Source: Felis catus (taxonomy: Eukaryota). Taken from it: a stretch of 64,000 nucleotides of DNA. Where the stretch lies: assembly GCF_018350175.1 (NCBI RefSeq), contig NC_058373.1, positions 101,806,001 to 101,870,000 of the forward strand. The letters run 5' to 3'. The notes under the pieces were generated by a model, which did not search any database, had not been told where the DNA came from, and was given only the letters and a program-made list of their open reading frames with translations. Shown piece by piece: positions 25,100-37,310 of this stretch. Numbering within the stretch: position 1 is the stretch's first letter; the number at the start of each line of letters is the position of its first letter. The translations under genes and the position numbers were made by a program.

Positions 25100-25548
25100 T
25101 GTTGTAGGTTGAATCGTGTCCCCTCAAAAATGTTGAGGTCCTACCTCCCAGTGACTGTGAATGTGACCTTATTTAGACATAGGGTCTTTGCAGATGTAGT
25201 TGAGCTAAGATGAGGTCATTAGGTGGGCCCTGATCCAGTGACTGGTGTCCTTACGAGAAGAGGAAAATACCAAGTGAAGGCACAGACACACAGGGAGAAT
25301 CATGTGACAACAGAGGCAGAGGTTGGAGTGATGCGGCTGTGAGCCCAGGGACACCAAGCAGGGAGTGACTGCCACCACCAGAAACCAGGAAGAAGCAAGG
25401 AAGAATTCTACCCAGAGACTCAGAGGGAGCGTGGCCCTGCTGGCACCTTGATTTCGAGCTTCTAGCCTCCAGAACTGGGAGAGAATAAATTTCTGTTGTT
25501 GAAGCTAAGCTACTCAGTTTATTACAGCCGTCCTAGGAAGCTAATACA
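25100..25548 (+). mobile_element. Full-length MaLR solo LTR (MLT1B/C-like)
   Basis: TG...CA ends, aataaa at ~25484, perfect 5-bp TSD aatat (25095-25099, 25549-25553), typical body gtgaatgtgaccttattt...gggtctttgcagatgt. Confidence 0.92.
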
Positions 25549-25683
25549 AATATGTGCTTATTGTACCAGATTTGGTGGAGACAGAGACAAACAGAGTGGT
25601 ACATGAACATTCCCCTTCCCACATTACTGGTAACATTTAATGATTATTTTGTCTCCTTTATGCATATATATTTGTATTAGTTT

Positions 25684-25905
25684 TTTTTTTTTAATTTTTT
25701 TTCAACGTTTATTTATTTTTGGGACAGAGAGAGACAGAGCATGAACGGGGGAGGGGCAGAGAGAGAGGGAGACACAGAATCGGAAACAGGCTCCAGGCTC
25801 CGAGCCATCAGCCCAGAGCCTGATGCGGGGCTCGAACTCATGGACCGCGAGATAGTGACCTGGCTGAAGTCGGACGCTTAACCGACTGCGCCACCCAGGC
25901 ACCCC
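25684..25905 (-). mobile_element. Young felid Can-SINE (SINEC_Fc-like)
   Basis: CpG-rich; perfect TSD tatttgtattagttt (25669-25683, 25906-25920). Confidence 0.95.
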
Positions 25906-25920
25906 TATTTGTATTAGTTT

Positions 25921-26117
25921 TTAATGTTTATTTATTTTTGAGAGAGAGGGTGAGCAGGGGAGGGGTAGAGGGAGAGAGGGAGACACAGAATCCGAAGCAG
26001 GCTCCAGGCTCTGAGCTGTCGACACAGAAGCTGACGCGGAACTTGAACTCATGAAACGTGAGACCATGACCTGAGCCAAGGTCAGATGCTTAACTGACTG
26101 AGCCACCCAGGTGTCCC
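25921..26117 (-). mobile_element. Can-SINE
   Basis: Complete reverse element. Confidence 0.95.
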
Positions 26118-26376
26118 TATATTGGTTTTTATATATGCATTTTGCTATAACTTTTTTTTTAAAGTTTACTTGTGTATGTTGGAGGTCTCTAAGTCTGTAG
26201 CTTATTTAATCGTAAAATACATATAGCATAGAATTTACCATCTTCACCATTTCTAAGTGCACGGTTCAGTGGTATTAAATACATTTATATGTTGTGCAGC
26301 CACCACCATCAGCCATCTGCAGAACTCTTTCCATCTTATAAAACTCAAACCTCATGGCCATTAAACAAGAATTCCT

Positions 26377-26502
26377 GGGGCACCTGGGTGGCTCAGTGGG
26401 TTAAGGTTCCAACTCTGGATTTCGGCTCAGGTCATGATCTCATGGTTCCTGCAATCCAGATCTGCATCGGACTCTGCACTGACAGCATGGAGCCCGCTTG
26501 AG

Positions 26503-26544
<42 letters not shown>

Positions 26545-26603
26545 CCTCATGTTCTCTCTGTCTCTTTTTGTCTGTCTCTCTCTCAAAATAAACATTAAAA
26601 AAA
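26377..26603 (+). mobile_element. Can-SINE inside L1
   Basis: Complete element; flanked by aagaatt. Confidence 0.95.
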
Positions 26604-26612
26604 AAGAATTTC

Positions 26613-26769
26613 GGGGCACCTGGGTGGCTCATTCAGTTAAGTGTTGGCCTTCAGCTCAAAACATGATCTCATGGTTCATGGGTTTGAGCCCCATTTCAGG
26701 CTCTGTGCTAACATCTCAGAGCTCTCTCTCTCTCTCTCTCTCTCTCAAAAATAAACATTAAAAAAAAAA
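26613..26769 (+). mobile_element. Can-SINE inside L1 (internal deletion)
   Basis: Head, (CT)n tract and A tail; flanked by aagaatt. Confidence 0.93.
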
Positions 26770-27718
26770 AAGAATTCCCCATTCCTCTCTCCCTCTAGTC
26801 CTGAGCAACTACCCTTTTACTGTCTGTCTCTATGAATTTGCTCTCAGTACCTCATAGAAGTAGAATCCTATATTATTTGTCTTTTTGTGACAGGTTTATT
26901 TCACTTAGCATATCCTCAAGGTTCAACCATGTTGCAGCATGTGTCAGAATTTTCTTCCTTTTTGAGGGTGAATAATATTCCATTGTATGTCTGTTCTGCA
27001 TTTGGTTATCCATTCATTTGTCGATGGACACTTGGGTGGCTTACACCCTTTGGCTGTTTTCAGTAATGCTGCTATAAACATGGGTGTACAAATATCTCTT
27101 TGAGATCCTGATTTCAATTCTTTTGGATATATACCCAGAAGTGGAATTGCTAGATCATATGGTAATCCTATTTTTAATTTTTTGAGGACTTGCCATACTG
27201 TTCTCCACAGCAGCTGCACCATTTTACATTCCCACCAGCGGTCTACAAGGATTCCAATATCTCTACATCCTCGCCAACACTTGCTATTTTTTTTTATAGT
27301 AGCCATCTTAATGGATATGAGATATCTCATTGTGGTTTGATTTGCATTTCCCTAATGATTAGTGATGTCAAGCATCTTTTCATGTGCTTATTAGCTACTT
27401 ATATGTCTTCTGTGAAGGCATGTCTATTCAGGTCCTTTGCCCATCTTTATAATCAGGTCGTTTGGGTTTTTGTTGTTGAGTTGTAATAGTTCTTTATACA
27501 TTCTGGAATAAAAATCCCTTATCAGGTATATGTGTATAAATCTTCAGCTTTTAATCTGTCAGTTCTCTTGTCACTAGCTGAGAATACATTCATGCATTCT
27601 CATGGGGAGGGGGACACAGGTGCCAAAACACTGTATTCCCATCTCAGGCTTCTAGTGATAAGTGGTACCAAGCAAGGCCTATTTCACTCTGATAAGTTTC
27701 CTAACAGAGGAAGGAGCA

Positions 27719-28457
27719 TGTGTTAGCCAGAGTTCTCCAGAGAAACCTGTATATAATACAGTATATGTATTATACTTATTATGAGGAATTGGTTCACATG
27801 ATGTAGACCTTGACAAGCCCCAAGATCTGCAGGGTGAGTCAGCAGGCTTGATACCTGGGGGAGCCAGTGATTTAGTTCCTGTCTGAGTCCAAAGGCCTGA
27901 GAACTAGAAGAGCCTGTTTTTCAATTTGAGTCCAAATGCTGGAAAAAGCTGATGGTCCATCTTGAGGCAATCAGGTAGGAGGAATTCTTCCTTTCTTAGG
28001 GGAGGGTCAGCCTTTTCTCCTAGTTAGGCCTTCAACTGATTGGATGAGGCTCACCCACATCCGGGAGAGCAACGAGCTCTGCTCAGTCTATCAATTTATT
28101 TATTTAATTTTTTTAATGTTTATTTTTGAGAGAGAGAGTGAGAGAGAGAGCAACGAGCATGAGTGGGGGAGGAGGAGACACACACACACATACACACACA
28201 GAATCCGAAGCAGGCTCCAGGCTCTGAGCTGTCAGCACAGAGCCTGACGCAGGTCTCAAACTCACAAACTGTGAGATCGTGACCTGAGCTGAAGTTGGAC
28301 ACTCAACTGACTGAGCCACTCAGGCGCCCCTCATTCTATCAATTTAAATGTAATCTCATCCAGAAACACCCTCACAGACACACCCAGAATAATGTTGGGC
28401 CAAATATCTGGGTACCCCATGGTCCAGTCAAGTTGACACATAAAGTCAGCCATCACA
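27719..28457 (-). mobile_element. ERVL solo LTR (MLT2-like), interrupted by a SINE
   Basis: gttctccagagaaac...ggatgaggctcacccacat...cagaaacaccctcacagacacacccagaataatg...caagttgacacataaag..ccatcaca; near-TSD gagca/tagca. Confidence 0.88.
28095..28330 (-). mobile_element. Can-SINE inside MLT2
   Basis: TSD tctatcaattta. Confidence 0.95.
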
Positions 28458-29099
28458 TAGCACTAATAAATGATGCTCTCCTTCTCTGTCTTGCTAATTA
28501 GTTTGAAAATGAAGAACATTCTCAGGATCATTATTTTCTGGTAGGTTTGTGGTTCGGGTCTGTTACTGAGCTCACTCCTTTGTATCTGAAGATATGACTA
28601 GACAAGGCATGTCTGAAGGGTTCGTGGAAGGTGTTTCCAGGGCAGATGTTCTCTTTAGTATTATGCAGCCTCAAAGAGGGAGTTTTCCCTGGACTGAATA
28701 AACAATAATTTTTATAACCCCAAATTACTTACCCAAAACTGACTGAAGCTTTGTAGATTTCCATATAGCTTTACTAAATCATTCCTGGTTTTTAAGACTT
28801 GAATTATTTTCCTTTTCTTTCATAACCTCACCATTTCTTGCTCATTATCAGCATTTTCTGACCCATTTCCTCACGTGGAGCTTATAATCTAATGGGGTCT
28901 AGTAAGCTTATATACCTAGTATAGTAAATATGCACTACCCCCCCCCAAAGAAAAAACAAATAATCTTAGAAAATGACTCGAGTGACGTCATAAGATAAAC
29001 ACACATTAAAAAAAAACCATTTAATAGTAGATATGTAAAGAAAATACATGATACAGAGTGACTTGGGTATGCTGTTTTTTTTTCTTTTGGAAACATTTC

Positions 29100-30120
29100 A
29101 GCAATCTGTTTGTTAATTATTGAGTTCTTTGAGTAGACAGTGTGTATATGGTTGTGCATACACAACAAAAATTGAAAGGCATGAAAGACTATGCAGTGAA
29201 TGTAAGTTTTCTCCCACCCCTGCCTCTAGCCACCTAGTTTCCCTGTTTAGAGTAACCACTGTTTCTTACATATTTTTCCAGTGTTTCCTATGTATCTTTG
29301 TATAGATGTATGCAAACATATATATTTGTATTATTTAAAAGGAGGAAGAATATCCAGGAGGTTAAAACTCTACCCACAGTTCTGTACCTTTTTCACTTAA
29401 TAACATGTCTTAAAGATCAGACCCTATCAGTATGTTTCTAATGCCTTATTCCTTTTAATGGCTGCATAGTATTTCACCACGAGACTGTGTGCTGGGAAGC
29501 ATTATAGTATAAAGACTAAGAACCTGGGGTTTGAATCCCCACTTTACCACTTACTAGCTAACATCTCGGGTTAGTTACCTAAGCTCTCCTTAGTTTTCTC
29601 CTCACAAAGTGGACTTTAAAAAAATATTTAACATTTTATTTTTGAGAGACAGAGCACGAGTGGGAGAGGGGTAGAGAGAGAGGGAGACACAGAATCCGAA
29701 GCAGGCTGCAGGCTCAGAGCTGTCAGCACAGAGCCCGATGCGGGGCTTGAACCCACGAACCGTGAGCTCATGATCTGAGCTGAAGTCAGTTGCTTAACTG
29801 ACTGAGCCACCCAGGCGCCCCCAAAGCAGGCTTATGATACTTCTTAGCTTATAAGGTTGTTAGGTACCTAGTGCATTTATTTTATCTGTTACTATGTATA
29901 ATAATTTATCTAAGGAGCTCTTATTGATGAACATTTAGGGTGTTGTCATCATTTTGCTATTCGAAGCAACACAGCAGCAAATAATCCTGGAGTATATATC
30001 ACTTCACACATGTACAAGTTTATATTTAGAATGAATTCTTAGAAGTAGAATTGCTGGGTCAAATGGCTAGGTATGTGCATTTAGGTTTTGATGGATATTG
30101 CCAACTGGCTGTCTAAAGAA
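29100..30120 (-). mobile_element. Old L1 (L1ME-like) 3' fragments with a nested MIR (~29500-29610, +) and a SINE
   Basis: ttttaatggctgcatagtatttc, gatgaacatttagggtgtt, agaagtagaattgctgggtcaaa. Confidence 0.7.
29622..29822 (-). mobile_element. Can-SINE (felid type)
   Basis: Complete reverse element. Confidence 0.95.
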
Positions 30121-30169
30121 TCCTAACTACGCTGTACAAGGATGGATATGTGGGGTGGAGGCAGGAGTT

Positions 30170-31160
30170 ACCGTAGATTGGGTAGTTAAGGAAGGCCACT
30201 CAATGGAGGAGACATTGAGAATATATCTCAGATGATGAGCCAGCCAGCCGTGTAAGATTTGGGGTCACAAAAGCTTGGACTAAGCTATAAGGAAGAAGTA
30301 GCAGCCCTGGTATGTTCAAGGACCAGAAAGCAGACTATTGTGGCTGAAGGCTGGTGGATGAGGAGGACGGTGCCCAGTTGTGAGCTGGACAGGAAGACAG
30401 AGTTCATATCGACTCTACTTAGGAGTGTGTTCTAAGTGGAATGGAAGCTATGAGAGGGTCTAAACGTTGGTTTTATAAGATCACTCAGGTTGTGAGGCAG
30501 AGAGTGGACAGTTGGGGGCAAGTGGAGGGAGACAGGGAGATTAGTTAGGAGCTATTGCAGTGACAGATGGGAGAGAGAGCATGGAGTTTAGGTGCCCTGG
30601 GTGGTGGTAGAGATGGAGAAAGTGGAGCCTGCAGGCTTTGCTGATGGATTGGATACAAAGGACTGAGGCGTGAGAGCAGAGGTAGAGGGAGGAGGAAGAC
30701 AGAGAGAGAGAGGACTCAAGTCCTCTTGGCTGTGTCACTCACTAGAAGTGTGACTTTGGACAATAATCTTACCTCTCTGTGCTTCACTGTCCTTTATAAA
30801 ATGAGAATAATCCCACCATTCTCATATATGTGGTTATAAATAAATGACTCAATGTACGTAACATGCTTTCAATTTGGGGCATGTTGAATTTGAGATGTTT
30901 GTTATACTTCCAAGTCCAGTGTTGAATAAGCAGTTGGATATACAACTCTAGAATTCAAGAGAGTGATCAAGGGTAGGGATATGTAGACGTGGGAGCTGTT
31001 TGCTCTAAAGACCATCTACATGGCATGAAACTACATGAGATCTGCAAGGGAGTGAGGGTAGATAGAAGAGAGACAGGGTCTAAGAATTGAATCATGTTAG
31101 CATTAAGAAGCTGGGAGAAGTGCAGAAACTAGCCAAAGAGGATGACCAGGAACCATCAGT
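30170..31160 (+). mobile_element. L2 LINE fragments with a nested MIR (~30720-30870)
   Basis: Purine-rich L2-type motifs aagatcactcagg, gagattagttaggagctattgcagt, catgttgaatttgagatg...gcagttggatata; strand tentative. Confidence 0.65.
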
Positions 31161-32399
31161 GAGGTCATGTTCAGTTGGTTCTAAAGTGGCTGTTTAGGAT
31201 CCTCCTCAGATGACATTTCTTTCCCTTTTGTCTCATGTGCCACTCAGGATCTCCTGAATTCTTGAAATTTTTATTAAGACTTCCTCATACAGCAGCAAAC
31301 AATGCCCAGACTCCATAGCCTCTCTGCTAACACGTTGCTTTTATATTTGAGGAAGGGCTTAGATGTCAAAATAGGTCCGTTATTCCACCCAGTCCCAACC
31401 TCAGTAGCTTTTTGCCAAATGGTCACCATCCATACATCCTTTCTTCCTGGAAACGATATAAATCCCCGAGGCTATTTTTGCTCCAAGGAGATTATGGCAC
31501 AACATATGGAGTCTTCACTCTCCAGGAGCAGAAGAAGTCTTGTCTTTGCTCAAGCAAGCCACTTGGTGAATGCCACAGGCTTAGGGCAACTGTGAATCCT
31601 TGTGATTCATGGGTACGAGGCAGCCACAGCATGGAGCAGCTGGTCTTAGGAGCATACTAACCTGATGTTTCCCATAGTGTCGTGCATGGAATTCACCCCA
31701 TTTGTCATGCTGAATTGGCTCCGTTAATCCTATACAAGTCTCTGTACACATTAATATTTTACCTTGAGCCAAGGCAGTAGAATTCTAGAATATTTGCCTT
31801 CAGAGGGCAAATATTTAGTGATTGATTTCATAAACTTTTAGCATTATAGATATCCTCTGTTTAACCAGAATAAATGTAAAAGAAAAAGAGAAGTTATAAT
31901 AAATTATCAAAGAGGCTGTTAAGTTCCTTGATTTAAAAGCATATTCATCTATAAGTCCGTGGTTTAAAAGCAGATTCCTCTGTTAGTAAAACAGTTCCTG
32001 TTACTATTCTTTGCGCAACAAGAGAGGTTTTTTTAAGGAGATTAAGCCAGTCACTTATTGTATTGTTTCAGGACAGATTATATCCTGAGTTATAATAGAA
32101 TCTCAAAATTAACTTCTATTATCATGGAAACTATTTGTAATAATTTCTAGCCAGGCTAGAAATTGAAAAGTTAGTCTTATTACCTGGGTCCAGTGTCTAT
32201 TCCATGTTCTAGGAGAGTAGACATGTGGCCAGTTCTATTTTCAGCACTGTTGTTGAAAAAACATTCCTCCTTAAATTAAACGGGGTTGATTTTGCCTATT
32301 GGCATTTATTGTTGTTGAAGATCTGACTAAGTTTAGGTTTATTAACCGTAGTGCTCCGAATCCTATTTGTCTGTCTAGATGCCAGAGTAGGGTTGGCAT

Positions 32400-32590
32400 G
32401 CTAGAAGGGAGGGGACATGGCTTAGCAGATCCGTGGGCCATGCCACTTGGTACTTATTGGCCCCAGCAAACTACTTGAATCTCACTAAGCTTCTGTTTCT
32501 TCATCTCTGTCATGGGGGCAGTAACCTGTGAGACGGTTGCCCGATGCTTGGGGGCACGGAGCTATGGCCGCTGTTATTTTCACTGTTGCC
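32400..32590 (+). mobile_element. MIR SINE
   Basis: actacttgaatctcactaagcttctgtttcttcatctct. Confidence 0.55.
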
Positions 32591-33087
32591 ATTCTGGTCC
32601 CCTCCAGCTTGCACTGCAGTCTTGAAGCTGTGAGAAAAGAAACAGCGTGGTTGAGCCTCGGTGAAATATCTCAGCATCTTTGCTTCTCGTGTGCGTGCTG
32701 CGCCCTTGCCTACAACATCTTGCCTTTATCTAACCCGACCTTCTGTTGCACATGAGGCATCTGGGTCGGGGATGAGAGGATGTAGAGGAGGTAGGGGGTA
32801 GCTAGCCTTGCCAGTGGGGCCACATGAAGCAGTGGCAGCGAACATGGCCTGATAGGATGAGTTGGGGGTTCCCTTCTCTCCCTTAAGAAGGGCTCCGCAT
32901 GCTCCGAATGCCTCAGCATTTCTGTGCAGACCTGCTTCCCTGTGTTCAACCCTGGGGTTTTTTGGTTCTTTCTCCTTTGCTTTGGGATTACAAACAAGTC
33001 AGTTTATATCACACTGCTTCCATTTCCTTGGGTGTTTGGAAAGAATCAGTCTACCTTGATTAGATGTTTTAAATGTCAAATTGGTGT

Positions 33088-33089
<2 letters not shown>

Positions 33090-33128
<39 letters not shown>
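33090..33128. repeat. (CA)n microsatellite
   Basis: Visible directly in sequence. Confidence 0.97.
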
Positions 33129-33131
<3 letters not shown>

Positions 33132-34379
33132 ACTTGCTACCAGTTCTAGTTCTAATGCAACTGGGTCACTGATGAGGTTATAAGGAGGTCTAGCGTTCTG
33201 CTATTGACAAACGACTTCCTTTTAAAATGCCAAATCCTTGCAATTCTGTTCATTTTTAACAGGATATGTTTGGCCAAAAAAGTCAGCATGCATTGGCTAA
33301 TTAAAGCAAAATGCTTGTGTTTGGTAAAAAAAAATAATCTGCATATTTCGTTTTCTGTGTGCCTTTAAATCATCATATGCAAAACCTGCTTACCCCAAGC
33401 AGGTCAAGGAACAGGGTGACTTGTATGGGTCTTCCCCCAGTCAAACAAAACAAACTGTGTGACTACTGCACTTACTGTTTCCTCAGAAATGTTATCTTTC
33501 CATCTCTCTTGCCACCTTCCTTACCTCTCTCTTTCTCATAATAGTACCTGGCAGTTTTTGTGCCGTGGATTTCCATGGTTTACTCTGGTTTTGTAAATTC
33601 TTTTTCATGACCGTAACGATCTGTGGAATCTCTTGTCTGTGTTTGGGATGTAAGAAGTCCGGTTGACACAGATTCAATTAATTATTGATTGATTTAGAAG
33701 AAGAAAAATACAGAATGACAAAGACAGCGTCAGGACGTTTGTATCTCATTTTGGTTGATGGTCTCTTAAGGCAAGCCTGTTGGGGGACTCACCACTGAGG
33801 AAAGCTGTTCCCAGTGGAAGGGTCTCCTTTTCCGAATTAATTCTTATTCTGGGTAGTCGTTTAATTGCGAATAAGTTGGCAGTTTTGTTTGCAGACTTTA
33901 TGGCTTTCATTAGCAGTCTGGTGGTGACAGCTAGCGTTCGCTGTTCCTCCTGTCATTGCTCACAGGAGTGGCGCTGAATGCTCGGAGGCTTTTGGGGTGG
34001 CGGCAGTTTCATCTGTATGCTCTCGCCCCTGCCCTCACTTGTCACAGCAGCAGGGTCAAAGGAGAACATCGCTGATTAGTGTGTCTGGTGCACCAGGGTG
34101 TGATCTCTGTTGATTTCCCAACAATTACATTCTCCTTGCTTCCTACTGGCCTTTGCCTTACACACAGACTACATTTTGCCTTCCATTATGAAGGATGTCC
34201 TTTTGGTCTTTCCCCCCAGGATTCCTGCGGGTTTCTTCTCAGGGTCTACAACTTCATCCCATCCCTGCTCTTGACCTTCTCCTCTCTTTGCTTCACCCTT
34301 TCAGTCCCACTGAATAAAAGCCCAGCTTTCACGTCCTGATGCTTTTATCTTCTCTCAGCAGTCTGTTGAAAAGAAAAGT

Positions 34380-34570
34380 ATGTGCTGGGAGAGAATTGGA
34401 CTTAATAATGAATTAAACTCTCTGGGCCTTAGTTCGTTTCCCCATCTATAAAATAGGGGTAATAGTTTTCCCTACCTCATCGTTGAGTTCTTGTCAGGTT
34501 GAACAAGATAAAACATATAAAGTGCTCAGAATAGTGCCAGGTGTATGATCATCACTCAGTAAAGGCATCA
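34380..34570 (+). mobile_element. MIR SINE
   Basis: tttccccatctataaaataggggtaatag...cctacctcat...aaagtgctcagaatagtgcc. Confidence 0.8.
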
Positions 34571-34819
34571 TCTCCTTCGTCACCAATGTCTGTAGGAATA
34601 CACTGGGTCTACAAGCGGGGAGAGCACTTGTAATTTTGATTTTATGATTATGCGTTAGGCCCTGCAAATCACAACCCAAGTCTCCTCTGAAACGCAGTTC
34701 ATATGGTCCCAGTTTTCCCTTCTGTGTTATATTCTGGATTTTCAAGGAATAGTTTCTTGTTCCTTCTTTTCTGCAGTTGCACTACGCTTATTAATTTTCC
34801 ACATTACATTTGACAGAGC

Positions 34820-35010
34820 AGTATTATAAATGGCACTGCATTTGATCTGTGCAACAGCACTCTGAGAGGGGGACATTATGCTCTCCATTTTACATATGAT
34901 AACATTTCAGATCTGAGAGAGTCCATGTTTTGCTGAAAATAACCAGCCAACAGGAGTCAGGCCCACACCTCAAACCCCTTCTGACTCCAAGTCCAGTGTA
35001 GTTTCTATGT
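34820..35010 (-). mobile_element. MIR SINE
   Basis: ctccattttacatatga...tctgactccaagtccagtg. Confidence 0.6.
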
Positions 35011-35141
35011 GGAGATGCCTTGTGTGTATGGAGAAGCAATGACATTTAATTATCTATCTGGGTTTTTATCAAGAAGTCATTATATTTTAAGTTCCTGGGA
35101 GGTAGATAGTAGCTCCAGGTCTCTCTCTAAATGCACTTACT

Positions 35142-35353
35142 GGGGCACCTGGGTGGCTCAGTTGGCTGAGAGTCTGACTTTGATTTAGGCTCAGGTGACA
35201 ATCACAGTTTGTGGGTTCGAGCCCTGCTTTGGGCTCTGTGCTGGCAGTGTGGAGCCTGCTTAGGATTCTCTGTCTCCCTCTCTCTCTGCCCCTCCCCCAC
35301 CCCATCTCTTTCTCTCTCTCAAAAGTAAATAAATAAACATTATTAAAGAAATA
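35142..35353 (+). mobile_element. Can-SINE
   Basis: TSD aaatgca(c/t)ttac. Confidence 0.95.
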
Positions 35354-35660
35354 AAATGCATTTACCTCTTCTCCTCCCAGTACTATGGCTTGAACTTATT
35401 TACTAAGGGTTTCTTTCCTGACATCTCATTGAGGGCAGAGGACTAAGGTTATGATAATATAGACAGCACTTTGTCTAGGCTGGAAGAGTAGTGCTAAGAG
35501 AATGCAACACAAGTGAATTCCCCTCAACAAGCAGGGCACCAGGTATTCCTGGGGACTTGGAAGTAGATAGAAGTGACACCAAAACAAGGGCTGGTGTTGA
35601 AAACCTGACATAACTGCTGCCTTCAAATTGGTCTGGCATTGGCCATCTGTAGAAGGATCC

Positions 35661-35869
35661 TTTTTTTTTTTAATGTTTATTTATTTTTGAGAAGAGAGAG
35701 ACAGAGCATGAGCGGGGGAGGAGAGAGAAAGAGGGAGACACAGAATCCGAAACAGGCTCCAGGCCCCAAGCTGTCAGCAGAGCCCAACGCGGGGCTCGAA
35801 CTCACAGACCGTGAGGTCATGACCTGAGCCAAAGATGGACACTTAACCGACTGAGCCACCCAGGCGCCT
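35661..35869 (-). mobile_element. Can-SINE
   Basis: TSD aaggatcctttt. Confidence 0.95.
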
Positions 35870-36509
35870 CAAGGATCCTTTTTCAATCCATCCAGCCCTG
35901 CATCTGGCCCCAAATCCAGGCAAATCTTTGTTCAGTCAGCAGACATTCACTCAGTACAAGCTATGTGCCTGGTACTGTGTTAGTCACTGAAATAACAGGG
36001 ATGAAAGATCCTGTGGAATGGATGATCCAACTTCCTCATTCCTGGTTGGGAGGTGGGGGAGGAGGGAGAAGAAAGGGGAGGGTCAGAGAGTCAGATGAAG
36101 AGAAAAGCTTTCTGAGTCAAGGGAAAGCAAGTCTACTTTAACCAAACCTACAAATCCTGTATTTCTGAACATGGTATCATAAGTCTGTGAGCACCAATAA
36201 ATATAAGGACATGCATCAAACAGTGTCACTGGCCCACCAGAGCCTCTGAATGATGGAGAACCCAGCAGTGAGCCCAACATGTGGTCGGAAAGTCCTGGAC
36301 TGTACAGGAAAATAACTTCCTCTCTTCAAACGCCTCAATGTGATTTACTGATTCAACTGCATCTTTAGTTCCTCTAGTTATGTGTATGGGAGGGCAGATG
36401 TTCAGTAAGAATAAAGCATTGGATCAGCAAGGGACTTGGTAAAAGTCATTCCAGCAACAGGCAAGAGCAAGGGAGTTAGAACCCTGCTGCAAGAGCCCCA
36501 TCCCTTAAG

Positions 36510-37310
36510 TAAAATGTGATATATAGTAGAATATTATTCAGCCATAAAAAAGAAGGAAATCTTGCCATTTGTGACAACAACATGGAAGGACCTTGAGGGC
36601 ATTAGGCTAAGTGAAATAAGTCAGACAGAGGAAGATAAATAATGTATGGTCTCAATTATGTGTAGAATCTAAAAACAAACCACAACCAAACTCATAGAAA
36701 AAGAGGTCAGATTTGTGGTTACTAGAGGCAGAGGGGGTGGGTATAGTATGTGAAATGTGTGAAGGTGGTCAAAAGGGACAAACAGTTATAAGATCAATAA
36801 ATCTTATTGATTAATGGGAATGAAATGTACTGCATGGAGACTTAGTTAACAACCCTATATATTAGATATCATATATTATGTATTAGAATGATACTAACGG
36901 AATGGATCTTAAAAGTTCTGAAAACAAGAGGGGTGCCTTGGTGGCTCAGTCGGTTAAGCATCTGACTCTTGATTTCGGTTCAGGTCATGATCTCATGGTT
37001 TGTGAGATCGAGTCCCAAGTCAGGCGCTGCACTGGCAGTGTGGAGCCTGCTTGGGATTCACTCTCTCTCCCTCTCTCTCTGATCCCTCCCCTGCTCATGC
37101 TGTCTCTGTCTCTCTCAAAATAAACTTAAAAAGAAATAAAAAAAAATTCTCAGAACAAGAAAAAAATTTGTCACGACGTGTGGTGATGGATGTTAACTAA
37201 ACTTATTGTGGTAATCATTCCACAGTATGTACAAACATGAAATCACTATGTTATACACCTAAAACGAGTAAAATGTTATATGCCTGTGATATCTCAATTA
37301 AAAAAAAACT
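36510..37310 (+). mobile_element. LINE-1 3' end (L1MA/MB-like) with nested SINE
   Basis: gaatattattcagccataaaaaagaaggaaatcttgccatttgtgacaac...ctaagtgaaataagtcagacagag...atatctcaattaaaaaaaaa. Confidence 0.9.
36930..37143 (+). mobile_element. Can-SINE inside L1
   Basis: Complete element; degenerate TSD ttct....aacaag. Confidence 0.95.

Larger units (their letters stand above)
26150..27530 (-). mobile_element. LINE-1 3' end (L1MB-like) with ORF2 C-terminal remnant, interrupted by two SINEs
   Basis: ORF 26944-27330(-) [51 protein letters not shown] matches the L1 ORF2p Cys-rich C-terminus; followed by L1 3' UTR. Confidence 0.92.

Noticed and set aside
26944..27330. 128-aa ORF as a host gene
   Set aside because: It is the decayed C-terminus of LINE-1 ORF2p within an L1 3' end.
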